Shown here: positions 11,829 to 21,304 of the stretch, in pieces
How positions within the stretch are numbered: the first letter of the stretch is position 1
How the letters are laid out: the number at the start of each line of letters is the position of its first letter
NCBI GenBank assembly: GCA_042408215.1
Contig: JAYFMW010000020.1
Coordinates: 256,001 to 320,000, forward strand
Source of the DNA: Microcoleus sp.
GTDB lineage: Bacteria > Cyanobacteriota > Cyanobacteriia > Cyanobacteriales > Microcoleaceae
DNA: 64,000 bases
Reading direction: 5' to 3'
Notes under the pieces: generated by a model
The model's database searches: none
What the model was told of the DNA's origin: nothing
The model's input: only the letters and a program-made list of their open reading frames with translations
Translations under genes and position numbers: made by a program

Positions 11829-13577
11829 ATGGCTCGTTATTCTCGACTGCAAAAACTGGGCTCTTATATGCGCCCGCACTGGAAACAGGCATTTTGGGGC
11901 GTTTTCTCCCTGTTAATTGTCAATGCTGTGGGCGTTTACATTCCCCTGCTGATTCGGAATGCAGTTGACACTCTGCAAGTAGCGCTCAAATTTGACCAAG
12001 TTTTGAACTACGTGATGCTGATTCTGGTACTCGCCTCAATCATGTGGGTGATTCGGATGGCGTCGCGGATTTTGCTGTTTGGCGTGGGGCGTCAAGTCGA
12101 ATTTGACCTCAAACAGCAAATATTTAATCATTTATTAACTTTAGAACCGTCTTATTTTGCTGCTAATACAGTCGGAGATTTAATTAACCGCGCTACTTCC
12201 GATTTGGACAATATTCGCCGCTTGGTGGGGTTTGCGGTGCTGAGTTTGGCGAATACAGCCTTTGCTTATGCTTTGACTTTGCCGGTGATGTTGGGGATTA
12301 ATGTGCGGCTGACTCTGTTGGCGATCGCAGTTTATCCTTTCATGTTAGTTTTGGTGCAGTTATTTAGCGACAAACTTCGCATCCAGCAGTTAGCTGTGCA
12401 GGAAGAACTGTCAGCGATGAGCGATTTGATTCAAGAGGATATGAGCGGCATTTCCGTAATTAAAATCTACGCTCAAGAAGAGAACGAACGCCGAGCTTTT
12501 CGCAATTGCAACGCAAAATTGCTGGATGCCAATTTAGAACTAGCAAAAACCCGAAATTTTCTTTTTCCGTTGCTGGGCGGTTTGGCAAGTGTGAGTTTGT
12601 TGGTGCTGCTTTCTGCTGGTGCGGGGTCAATTGCTAAGGGCGAAATTAGCGTTGGCGATTTTGTGGCTTTGCTGATTTATGTGGAGCGTTTGGTGTTTCC
12701 GACGGCGCTGTTGGGTTTCACAATTACTGCTTATCAACGGGGAGAAGTGAGTGTCGATCGCATCGAATCAATTCTTACCGTAGAACCCAAAATTTACGAT
12801 CAGGCTGATGCAATGGAAATACCAAATCCAGTCAAAGGCGAGATTGTAGCCCGCCACTTAAATTATAATTATCCTGGTGCTAATACCCCCGCCCTGAAAA
12901 ATGTTAATTTTACCATTAAACCGGGAGAAACCGTAGCAATTGTTGGGGCTATCGGCTCAGGGAAATCGACTTTAGCTAATGCGCTACCGCGACTGCTGGA
13001 CATTGATCCAGGTGAATTATTTGTAGACGGATTAGATATTACTCAGGTAAAGTTGACAGAATTGCGCGGGGCGATCGCCTACGTGCCCCAAGAAAGCTTT
13101 TTGTTCGGTACTACCATCAAGAATAACATCCGCTACGGCAATCCTTTAGCGGAACAGCCGGAGATAGAAGCAGCAGGAAAACAAGCACAAATTCACGCAG
13201 AAATCCTCAACTTTCCCCAGCAGTACAAAACAGTTGTCGGCGAGCGCGGAATTACTTTATCCGGCGGACAAAGACAACGGACAGCCCTGGCTCGCGCTTT
13301 GTTAGTTGACGCTCCCGTGCTGATTTTGGATGACGCTCTTTCGAGTGTTGACAATCAGACTGCTACGGATATTTTGAAAAATTTGGCAACGGGAACCGAT
13401 CGCAAAACAGTGATTTTCATCTCCCATCAAATGTCGGCGGCTGCTAGTGCCGATCGCATTTTTGTGATGGAGAAGGGAGAAATAGTGCAAGTGGGAACTC
13501 ACAGAGAATTAGTAGGGCAAAAAGGGCTTTATCAGTATTTGTGGAACCAGCAACAATTAGAGGAATTATTGCATTAA
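11829..13577 (+). CDS. ABC exporter, fused TMD-NBD (MdlA/MsbA-like)
   Basis: Walker A GAIGSGKS, LSGGQ signature, LILDD. Start moved to ATG 11829 because the longer ORF runs through a repeat. Confidence 0.9.
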   Translation: MARYSRLQKLGSYMRPHWKQAFWGVFSLLIVNAVGVYIPLLIRNAVDTLQVALKFDQVLNYVMLILVLASIMWVIRMASRILLFGVGRQVEFDLKQQIFNHLLTLEPSYFAANTVGDLINRATSDLDNIRRLVGFAVLSLANTAFAYALTLPVMLGINVRLTLLAIAVYPFMLVLVQLFSDKLRIQQLAVQEELSAMSDLIQEDMSGISVIKIYAQEENERRAFRNCNAKLLDANLELAKTRNFLFPLLGGLASVSLLVLLSAGAGSIAKGEISVGDFVALLIYVERLVFPTALLGFTITAYQRGEVSVDRIESILTVEPKIYDQADAMEIPNPVKGEIVARHLNYNYPGANTPALKNVNFTIKPGETVAIVGAIGSGKSTLANALPRLLDIDPGELFVDGLDITQVKLTELRGAIAYVPQESFLFGTTIKNNIRYGNPLAEQPEIEAAGKQAQIHAEILNFPQQYKTVVGERGITLSGGQRQRTALARALLVDAPVLILDDALSSVDNQTATDILKNLATGTDRKTVIFISHQMSAAASADRIFVMEKGEIVQVGTHRELVGQKGLYQYLWNQQQLEELLH

Positions 13578-13774
13578 TTTGGGAATCGGGCATGGGGCAT
13601 CGGGCATGGGGAATTGGGAATGGCTAATTATTCCCAATTACGAATTACGAATTACGAATTACGAATTACGAATTACGAATTACGAATTACGAATTCCCAA
13701 TGCCCCATTCCCAATTCCCTATTCCCTATTCCCAATTCCCCATTCCCCATTCCCAATTCCCAATTCCCAATTCC

Positions 13775-14761
13775 CTATTCCTTCTTCCTTCCCCGGACTT
13801 CTTCAACTCGACTGACTTGAAAAATTAGGGTGAATTTTTGACCCATTTCTTTTTCGATAAATGCTTCTAAAAGCTGCACCTGTTTCGGTGTCAAAGCTTC
13901 ACTGCTGCGAACAGTCAGGCGAACTTCGGCAGGCTCCTTCAACCAGTTAGTATCGCTGTTAATCAATTCCATGCGTTGAAAGGTAATAGTTCGGTTGAGC
14001 AATGCCCGCTTCAGACTGGCTTCGAGTTGGGCTTGCTGGAGCAATTCCGCAAAGCCCACACCCAGGGGAACAATCAGTATCGCCGTCAAACCCAGCGCCC
14101 ACAAAATGGCTTTACGGGCGCGATTTAGGGGGGTGTAGCCTGCTATTAAAAAAGTCAGCATACAGGAGAGAGTAATGCCCAACAAATTGGTCACGTACAG
14201 GAGGCTTGCTCCCAGACTGAGCGACCAATTACCCTGAGATAAACCCAAGCCAATCACACAAATTGGCGGCATGAGAGCCACAGCAATTGCTGTTCCCGCC
14301 AGAGTACCGGAAACTTTGGGCTGAACTTTGGCAAAGCCGCTAATTCCCCCAGCAGCGATCGCAATTCCTAAGTCCAGTAACGTGGGTTTAGAACGAGCTA
14401 AAACTTCGCTCCCAAAGTCTGGAATTCCTACCAAAGAACCGAGCAACCAAGCTAAAATAATTGCGAGAATCGTCCCCACTGCGACTGCAATTAAACCTTT
14501 GCGGAAAATGACTACGTTACCTTCTACCGCTCCAAATGCTAATCCTCTAATTGGCAACATCAGAGGAGCAACGATCATGGCACCGATAATCACGGCGGCA
14601 CTATTGGAAAGCAGTCCAAGAGTGGCGATAATACAGGAGCTTAAAATTAATACAAGATAGTTAATATCTAGGGTGGATTCTGACAATAATTCAATTGTGA
14701 TTTGGTTGAAGTGCTGTGGATCGACATTTTTTGTGTTGAAATATTTGAAGTTGTCTCGCAT
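13775..14761 (-). CDS. DUF389 (TIGR00341-like) membrane protein
   Basis: IATLGLL...AVIIGAMIVAPL and GTAIAVALMPP motifs. Confidence 0.85.
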   Translation of the reverse strand: MRDNFKYFNTKNVDPQHFNQITIELLSESTLDINYLVLILSSCIIATLGLLSNSAAVIIGAMIVAPLMLPIRGLAFGAVEGNVVIFRKGLIAVAVGTILAIILAWLLGSLVGIPDFGSEVLARSKPTLLDLGIAIAAGGISGFAKVQPKVSGTLAGTAIAVALMPPICVIGLGLSQGNWSLSLGASLLYVTNLLGITLSCMLTFLIAGYTPLNRARKAILWALGLTAILIVPLGVGFAELLQQAQLEASLKRALLNRTITFQRMELINSDTNWLKEPAEVRLTVRSSEALTPKQVQLLEAFIEKEMGQKFTLIFQVSRVEEVRGRKKE

Positions 14762-14861
14762 AGTATTTATCCCAGTATTCTGATTGAATTAGCTAGCCAG
14801 CATGACCAAAGATTAAGAGTTACAAATTTGGCTTAAATAGATGTTTTTGAGCGATTAGTTA

Positions 14862-15130
14862 TTAAAGTTTTTTTCGCTCTTGAAAAACTTCTTCTAACAA
14901 AGAAGAAGGCAGCTCGTTCAATTCACCGGAGCGAACGAATTCAGCATAAGTATCGGCTTCGATCGCCCGTAAATCCCCTTCGATTTTCTCGATCGTCAAT
15001 TCCCGCAGTTGAGGAGATCGATCGTACATTTGGTTGATTTCTGCTTGTAGAGAGTCGAATTTTTGTTGAAGGCGACTGACTAGACGATCGTAAAACTCCG
15101 GCTCGATTTTAGGCTCGCTAGATATTTGAG
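14862..15130 (-). pseudogene. C-terminal cytoplasmic fragment of the interrupted Na+/H+ antiporter
   Basis: LRAIEADTYAEFVRSGEL resembles the tail of cyanobacterial CPA1 antiporters; begins directly after the IS right-end TCAA. Confidence 0.75.
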
Positions 15131-16677
15131 TTGACACTCCCCGGTCTAAAGACACGGGGATTCTTAAGGACAAACTTTGGGGGATGAATCCGCCCAAAGT
15201 TTAATTCTTAAAGGGTTAGTCAGAAACCCCCTACCCACTCGCTCAATAATTAAGTCTATGGCTACTTTTGACTTTCTAATGATATTAGCAGCACCGTTAA
15301 CATCTGCATTGATTAACAACCCAGCGCTAGAACGGTACAATCCTCTTTTGATTCTTTTACCCGATGGTTGCCAATTGTCAGGTTTTTCACCGACTTTTAC
15401 TGGCAAAATGTCTCGGTCTAAAAAACTTGCTTTTGATGTGTAAGATTCGTCTTGTTCAACAAATCGCCACCCTCTTAAGTCGCATTCGTGCTGGAGTCTA
15501 TCTTTGACTTTAGCTGTGGGTATTTGGACAAAATTCTGATTAGTTACGACCCCCATATTAACCTCTTGCTTCTGTGCCTTGTTCCAGCCAAAGACTAAGA
15601 CGTTTATTTGGTTATTTTCGCAATAATCTACGATGGTTCTAACTGCTTTGTTGACAGCATCTCTCATCCTTCTAGTGCGAGTTTCCGACAACTGCTGCAA
15701 TCTTTTTGACGAGAAACCTTTAGGCAGTTTATGTATTGCGTGTTCTGATTGAACTCTCGCTTTTTCTTTATTAAACCATTGGTTCCAAGACTTGAGTCTA
15801 AGTCCATCAATGATGAAAGGTTTACCATTGCTAGAGACACAAGTTAACCAGTTATTGATGCCGTGATCGATGCCCAGAACCCCTGTCACTTCCAAGCTGC
15901 AACTAGGGGCTTGTTCAGTCAGAGATTCGTAGACATATTCGACCCATACCGCACCATTCCTAGGGATTAACCTGAGTTCTTTGATCTGGCAATTCTTGAT
16001 CCGTTCAGGTAGTGGAACCCAAATCGCATCTTTCCCAAAGTATTCTTTTCCTTTTTTACCCAGGGGTAATCTGATTTTATTTCCAATTACCTTTAAGGCT
16101 TGACCGGGATATGAAACAGGGTACATTCCCCCTTTGGTTCTGTACCTTGGTAGTCTCGGTTTTTGATGGATTTCTCCTTGATTTGCCAACTTCTCTAAGG
16201 CTCGGAAAGAAGTAAAAGATTCTGCGACAGATTTAAGAGATTGTTGGGCAACTTGAGAGTATAGCAACCCGTAATTTTCGTTGGTTTTGGTGATTTTATA
16301 CAAATCTGGATATTTAACTACGCTTTGGTTCTTAAAGTATTGTTTCCGACTTTCGTAAGTGCCGACATTAAACAGATTATTTGACCATCTTAGTAGTTGT
16401 TCGACAATGGTTTTGTCGAGTCCCTTTAAACGCCAAACATCTTTTTGTACTGCGTACATTTAATTTACTGGCTGTGATGATACTATGTTTAGTATAGAGC
16501 GTGAATTAACCAGTTAATTAATCCTAAACAAATCTTTACCTTGGTCTCAATTGCTAGAAGTATTTGTACGGGACGGTTAAACATTATGTTATATTGAAAC
16601 TTACGAACAGGCAGGATAAATCCTGCCACGCCCTTTCATCCCTGGACTAAAGTCACAGGGTTTTCAGGGTATTTCTT
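15131..16677 (-). mobile_element. IS200/IS605-family element (IS1341 type, tnpB only) inserted after TTTAT
   Basis: Left-end hairpin CCCTGTGACTTTAGTCCAGGG. Right end AAGAATCCCCGTGTCTTTAGACCGGGGAGTGTCAA. No target duplication. Splits the antiporter gene. Confidence 0.88.
15164..16459 (-). CDS. tnpB: RNA-guided endonuclease TnpB (GWN/ESYTS clade, no Cys zinc finger)
   Basis: RuvC-I GIDHG; FGWN where the usual E sits; DESYTS; RuvC-III NADVNGA. Confidence 0.9.
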   Translation of the reverse strand: MYAVQKDVWRLKGLDKTIVEQLLRWSNNLFNVGTYESRKQYFKNQSVVKYPDLYKITKTNENYGLLYSQVAQQSLKSVAESFTSFRALEKLANQGEIHQKPRLPRYRTKGGMYPVSYPGQALKVIGNKIRLPLGKKGKEYFGKDAIWVPLPERIKNCQIKELRLIPRNGAVWVEYVYESLTEQAPSCSLEVTGVLGIDHGINNWLTCVSSNGKPFIIDGLRLKSWNQWFNKEKARVQSEHAIHKLPKGFSSKRLQQLSETRTRRMRDAVNKAVRTIVDYCENNQINVLVFGWNKAQKQEVNMGVVTNQNFVQIPTAKVKDRLQHECDLRGWRFVEQDESYTSKASFLDRDILPVKVGEKPDNWQPSGKRIKRGLYRSSAGLLINADVNGAANIIRKSKVAIDLIIERVGRGFLTNPLRIKLWADSSPKVCP

Positions 16678-17854
16678 ATAAAACTACGCCAAACACGATC
16701 GCAATAATGTTTTCCCGATCGGGGAAAACATCCGGCACGCTCAAAGCTAAAGCAATGGATACAGTGCCCCGCAATCCTCCCCACCAAATCACTGTTTGAT
16801 CGGCTAAGGAAATTTCAGATTTTGCCAACCAATTGCTCAACCATCCCAAACCAAAAATAGATATCGCTCGCGTGAAAAACATCGCTGTAACAGTGATAGC
16901 AATCAGTCCTAAATTCGCTGCCAAACCAGCAAAACTAATTCGATCGCCAATCAGCAGGAACACGATCGAATTTACGAAAAACGCCAAAAAATTCCAAAAT
17001 TGAGTTACCGCCAGTCTGGTACTGGGCTGCATACCGATCCGAGAGCCGAAATTGCCAAATATCAAGCCCATCGCGACCACACCAATCACCCCAGAACCAC
17101 CCAATTCCTCAACAATTATATAAGTGCCGTAGGCGGAAACTAAGGTTAACGATTGCTCTACCAAAGGTAAATCAAACCGTTGGATGAGATAGGAGATCCC
17201 AAAACCGATCGCACTCCCGACAGCAATCCCAATTCCCACAAAAACTAAGAAACGCGCCACCAGCAATGGGATGCCAACTTCATCCGTCCCTAAAGAGAAT
17301 CCCACCAAAAAAATAAAGGCAACAATAGCAATGCCATCATTAAATAAACTCTCACCCTCCACCAGTAAAGCTAGGCGTTTTTCAACTCCCAATTCCTCGA
17401 ACAATGCAATTACTGAAACAGGATCGGTGGCAGATATACTAGCTCCTACCAACAGGGCGATCGCTAAAGAAACTCCAGCTATTTTGTTGAGAGCAAAAAC
17501 CACGCCAGCAACAGAAATAACGACACCCAAAACCGCATAAAGACCGATCGGCACTAAATCCCGCTTGAGTTGAGACCATTCCAAATTCCAAGCAGCTTCA
17601 AACAAAAGAGGCGGCAAAAAAATCAACAGAATCTGTTCGGGCGATAGCGTCACCAGCCGCACATCTACAAAAGCCAAACCCAACCCGACAATTACTAAAA
17701 GCAGCGTGTAGGGAATTTGGCGCAACCAGCCCCATATTTGCGGCAGCACCGCCACAGTTAAGGAAACTGATAGCACTAAGAGAAATTGCTTAAGATTCCC
17801 CTCGATCGTCATTTCGCCAATTAGAGTTTCTGCGGTCATAAAATCCCAAATCAA
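16676..17854 (-). pseudogene. CPA1/NhaP-type Na+/H+ antiporter, N-terminal part truncated by the IS
   Basis: ATDPVSV, EGESLFND and GGLRG motifs. Ends at GVVL with a stop formed at the IS junction. Confidence 0.88.
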
Positions 17855-18029
17855 ATATTTAAGGTTTCAGTCGTCCGGCACCCTTTGAAGGCGATCGCTT
17901 CCCTGTACCGAATACAGCGGGGGACTTAGGGCGAATCAGCTAAATTTGCTGCATTTAATTTCGAGAGGGCGATCGGCAAAAATTGACTTATAATAAAGGT
18001 ATCTACTCCACTCCCATCATACCAGAATC

Positions 18030-18440
18030 ATGCTCGCAGAAACAAAAGCAACACTTTGGCCCAGCCTAGTTACCGCCTCAGCATTATTACTCTATTTTAT
18101 TGTCACGATCAACGTCGGCAGAGCTAGATTCAAATACAAAGTTTCTCCCCCGCAGGTGACAGGAAATCCCGACTTTGAGCGAGTATTGCGAGTGCAGCAA
18201 AACACCTTAGAGCAAATGATTCTATTTTTGCCCTCCCTGTGGCTTTTCTCGCAATTTATCAGCCCAATTTGGGCCGCTGGCATCGGTGCAGTTTGGATAA
18301 TTGGACGCATTTTGTTTGCTTGGGGATATTATCAAGCTGCGGAAAAAAGAGCCGTGGGTTTTGGTATTAGTACCTTAGCTACTTTAGCTCTGCTTGGCGG
18401 TTCCTTTACTGGCATCATCATGTCGCTGCTGAAGGTTTAA
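18030..18440 (+). CDS. MAPEG family membrane protein
   Basis: FERVLRVQQNTLE motif, GR...GY, four TM helices. Confidence 0.9.
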   Translation: MLAETKATLWPSLVTASALLLYFIVTINVGRARFKYKVSPPQVTGNPDFERVLRVQQNTLEQMILFLPSLWLFSQFISPIWAAGIGAVWIIGRILFAWGYYQAAEKRAVGFGISTLATLALLGGSFTGIIMSLLKV

Positions 18441-18520
18441 GCATAGCTTTTTACCGACATAATTGTTGTCTAGCACAGGCAAAATGCCTGTGCTTAATGT
18501 AATAAATTTTAGGAGGAAAT

Positions 18521-18697
18521 ATGTCAGAAACCAATAAACCTGTCTTTCAAATTAGCCCGCAACTTTTTCAGCAACTTGTCGATTGGCAAGAAAAAATTGC
18601 CGAAGAAGATGAATTAGCAAGTGATGCCGAATCCGAAAAACCAACTGAGGTAAAAAATCCGATCGAAAGTCAATCGATTTTAGATTTTAGATTTTAG
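18521..18697 (+). CDS. Small acidic hypothetical protein (58 aa; absent from the ORF track)
   Basis: AGGAGG Shine-Dalgarno 4 nt before the ATG; reads MSETNKPVFQISPQLFQQLVDWQEKIAEEDE... Confidence 0.5.
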   Translation: MSETNKPVFQISPQLFQQLVDWQEKIAEEDELASDAESEKPTEVKNPIESQSILDFRF

Positions 18698-18811
18698 ATT
18701 TTAGATTTACCCCACGTATAAATGCGGGGGCTTGAGGATTTTAGATTTTGGATTTTGGATTGATTCCACGGATAAATCCGGGGGCTTGTACCACCTTTGA
18801 AATTATTGGTC

Positions 18812-19174
18812 ATGAAGAACATTCTCAAACAGATAATTCCTAGCTTGTGGCTGGCGCTATCTTTTGGATTTCCGGTTGCTGTGTCAGCCCAACCGGTGAC
18901 ACCCAGCCCAATTCAGCAAATCAATAGCGGTTTGTTTCCTTCTAATTCTCAAGATTTTTTTCGACAGGGAAATCGCCAACTGGAACAGGAAATTACAACT
19001 TTGTTGCAGAAGCGTTTAACTTCGGTAGGGGAGATTCTTGAGATTGATGAAAAATTGCGCTCTGAGCTTGGTCACAAAGAGTTTAAAATATCATCGCGCA
19101 ATTTTGATACAATAAATGCGGCTCTGGTTGCCAGTGTCAAGACAAAGGTTAAGGACATTTGCAGCCACAATTAA
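18812..19174 (+). CDS. Hypothetical exported protein
   Basis: Signal-peptide-like N-terminus ending VAVSA; SQDFFRQG segment. Confidence 0.6.
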   Translation: MKNILKQIIPSLWLALSFGFPVAVSAQPVTPSPIQQINSGLFPSNSQDFFRQGNRQLEQEITTLLQKRLTSVGEILEIDEKLRSELGHKEFKISSRNFDTINAALVASVKTKVKDICSHN

Positions 19175-19222
19175 AATGAAAGTGAGGGAACTATTCAAAC
19201 TTTAGTGTTGGATCGAGAAGTA

Positions 19223-19381
19223 ATGGCAAAATTGAAACTAGCCATGCTGGAAGCTGAAACGGCTGCTCAATTGACGGCGATCATTATTGATTACACTCAT
19301 GAGGAAATGATGATAGTTTTTCAGGCGCTAGAATGGGAACAGCAGGAGAGAATTAAGACTGTTTGGAAGACTGTTAGTTAA
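19223..19381 (+). CDS. Small hypothetical protein (52 aa; alternative GTG start at 19205)
   Basis: Open frame MAKLKLAMLEAETAAQLTAIIIDYTHEE...WKTVS with helical-protein-like composition. Confidence 0.45.
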   Translation: MAKLKLAMLEAETAAQLTAIIIDYTHEEMMIVFQALEWEQQERIKTVWKTVS

Positions 19382-19520
19382 AGTAGATTTGCAGACAGGG
19401 GTTTTAATTTTTCACCGCAGATGTAAGCAGATAGACGCGGATTAACGCAGATTTAATTGGATTTTTTCTTGTTCGCTGTGTTTAATCATCTGAATTTTTA
19501 CACAGCGAACAATGACATAT

Positions 19521-20867
19521 CTAAACTAGGGTTTCGAGGCACAATTGACGAAAGTGATCGCCCCGTTTCTCGAAGTTTTGGTATTGATCGAAGCTAGCAC
19601 AGGCTGGGGAAAGCAGCACTACTTTTGCATTGTTTTGTTTGCCTAATTCTGCTGCTCTCTTAATTGCTCTTTCCATTGTTTCTACAATTTCCCAAGCGTT
19701 GTAATTTTCTTGTTCGAGCCGATCGCTAAAAATACCTGCCGCATCTCCAATTAGCAACACTGCGGCAGCTTTAGCTTTGATTGTATCAATCCAGGCGCTA
19801 TCTTCGCCTTCTTTTGGGTCGCCACCGGCTATTAAAATCGCCGGGGCGCTCACAGAAGCTAACCCGACTTGGGCGGCGTCATAATTAGTGGCTTTGCTGT
19901 CGTTGATGAAATCTATGCCTTCCCAAGTGCGGATGTGTTCGAGGCGGTGGGCTACTCCGGGGAATTTTGCAATGGCTTGGGCGATCGCACTTTTATCTAT
20001 CCCCGCCAAATTAGCCGCTGCTACCGCCATTAACAAGTTTTGCAAATTGTGTTCTCCCACCATTTTCAAAGACTCAGCCGGCAGAATTTTCTCGCTTTGA
20101 GCTATTACCCAACCGTCTTTAATGTACGCTCCAAAAGCTCGATCGCCCAAAAGTTCATTTTCACCTTTGACGCAAGTCCAACACGCATTAGGCCAAGTGT
20201 CAATGCCTTGTTGCCGCAAATATGGATCGTCGCCGTTGATTACTTGCAATTGAGATTTTTTCAGCAATTGCGCCTTAATTTTATAGTAATTTTCTAAGGT
20301 TTTGTGGCGGCTTAAGTGATCCGGTGTGAAAGTCGTCAAAATGCCAATTCGCGGCGCAAGAGATGACGAAGATTCTATTTGATAGCTGCTGATTTCTGCG
20401 ATGACCCAATCCGGCTGTTTTTCGGCTAAAGCTAATTCGCACGCAGCATAGCCAATATTGCCGCAAGCGGGAGCGTAAAGTCCAGCTTCTTCAAAAATTG
20501 CTGCAATTAAAGCCGTAGTTGTAGTTTTCCCGTTAGTGCCGGTAATTCCCACCCAAGGTGACTTGAGATAGCGCCACGCGAGTTCCATTTCTCCGATTGT
20601 TTCAATCCCTAATTCTCTGGCGCGCACTAATGCTGGAATGTCCCACGGAACCCCTGGGCTTACTACTACTAATTGTACAGATTCGACTGGTTCAAAAGAT
20701 TGACCTAACTCAACTGCTATTCCTTCGTTAGCTAGTTCTTGTTGCTGTTTGAGCAAGTTTGGAGAATCTGAGCGATCGCTCAGCGTTACTTCCCATCCTT
20801 CGCGTTTTAGTAGTCTGGCGGCGGCTATTCCTGATTTTCCTAGTCCAATGATATGAGCGATCGGCAT
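19521..20867 (-). CDS. murD: UDP-N-acetylmuramoylalanine--D-glutamate ligase
   Basis: [29 protein letters not shown]. Confidence 0.96.
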   Translation of the reverse strand: MPIAHIIGLGKSGIAAARLLKREGWEVTLSDRSDSPNLLKQQQELANEGIAVELGQSFEPVESVQLVVVSPGVPWDIPALVRARELGIETIGEMELAWRYLKSPWVGITGTNGKTTTTALIAAIFEEAGLYAPACGNIGYAACELALAEKQPDWVIAEISSYQIESSSSLAPRIGILTTFTPDHLSRHKTLENYYKIKAQLLKKSQLQVINGDDPYLRQQGIDTWPNACWTCVKGENELLGDRAFGAYIKDGWVIAQSEKILPAESLKMVGEHNLQNLLMAVAAANLAGIDKSAIAQAIAKFPGVAHRLEHIRTWEGIDFINDSKATNYDAAQVGLASVSAPAILIAGGDPKEGEDSAWIDTIKAKAAAVLLIGDAAGIFSDRLEQENYNAWEIVETMERAIKRAAELGKQNNAKVVLLSPACASFDQYQNFEKRGDHFRQLCLETLV

Positions 20868-20926
20868 AATTTTTGTGTGTGGTAGAGCGAACTTCCCTGG
20901 TTTTTTCCTTTTCGATCGGTTACGGT

Positions 20927-21280
20927 TTTTTTGGATTATTTAACCGCAGAGGGCGCAGAGGGCGCAGAGCAAGATAAGAGAGTATTGAATGTTTCCTATA
21001 CCAATGGATTTTATCTTACATCTTAACCTTTGGCGACTATCTCATTTTTTGGATTATTTAACCGCAGAGGCCGCAGAGGACACAGAGGAGGAGAAGAGAG
21101 TATTGAATAATTCGGATACCAATCGATTTGATCTTACATCAAAACTTTTGGCGACTATCTCATTTTTTGGATTATTTAACCGCAGAGGGCGCAGAGGGCG
21201 CAGAGGAGGAGAAGAGAGAAGATAGAAATTAATAATTCGGATACCAATCGATTTGATCTTACATCAAAACTTTTGGTGGC
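20927..21280. repeat. Three tandem ~119-bp units containing AACCGCAGAGGGCGCAGAG
   Basis: TTTTTTGGATTATTTAACCGCAGAG recurs at about 20928, 21045 and 21163. Confidence 0.85.
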
Positions 21281-21304
21281 TATCTAAAATCCAAAATCTA
21301 AAAT

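Noticed and set aside
15131..16677. Possible IStron (self-splicing IS) that would restore the antiporter mRNA
   Set aside because: Only about 220 nt lie between the left end and tnpB, with no recognisable group I core, and the rejoined gene seems to lack a TM helix.
20927..21280. Possible CRISPR-like array
   Set aside because: Whole ~119-bp units are duplicated; there are no unique spacers.
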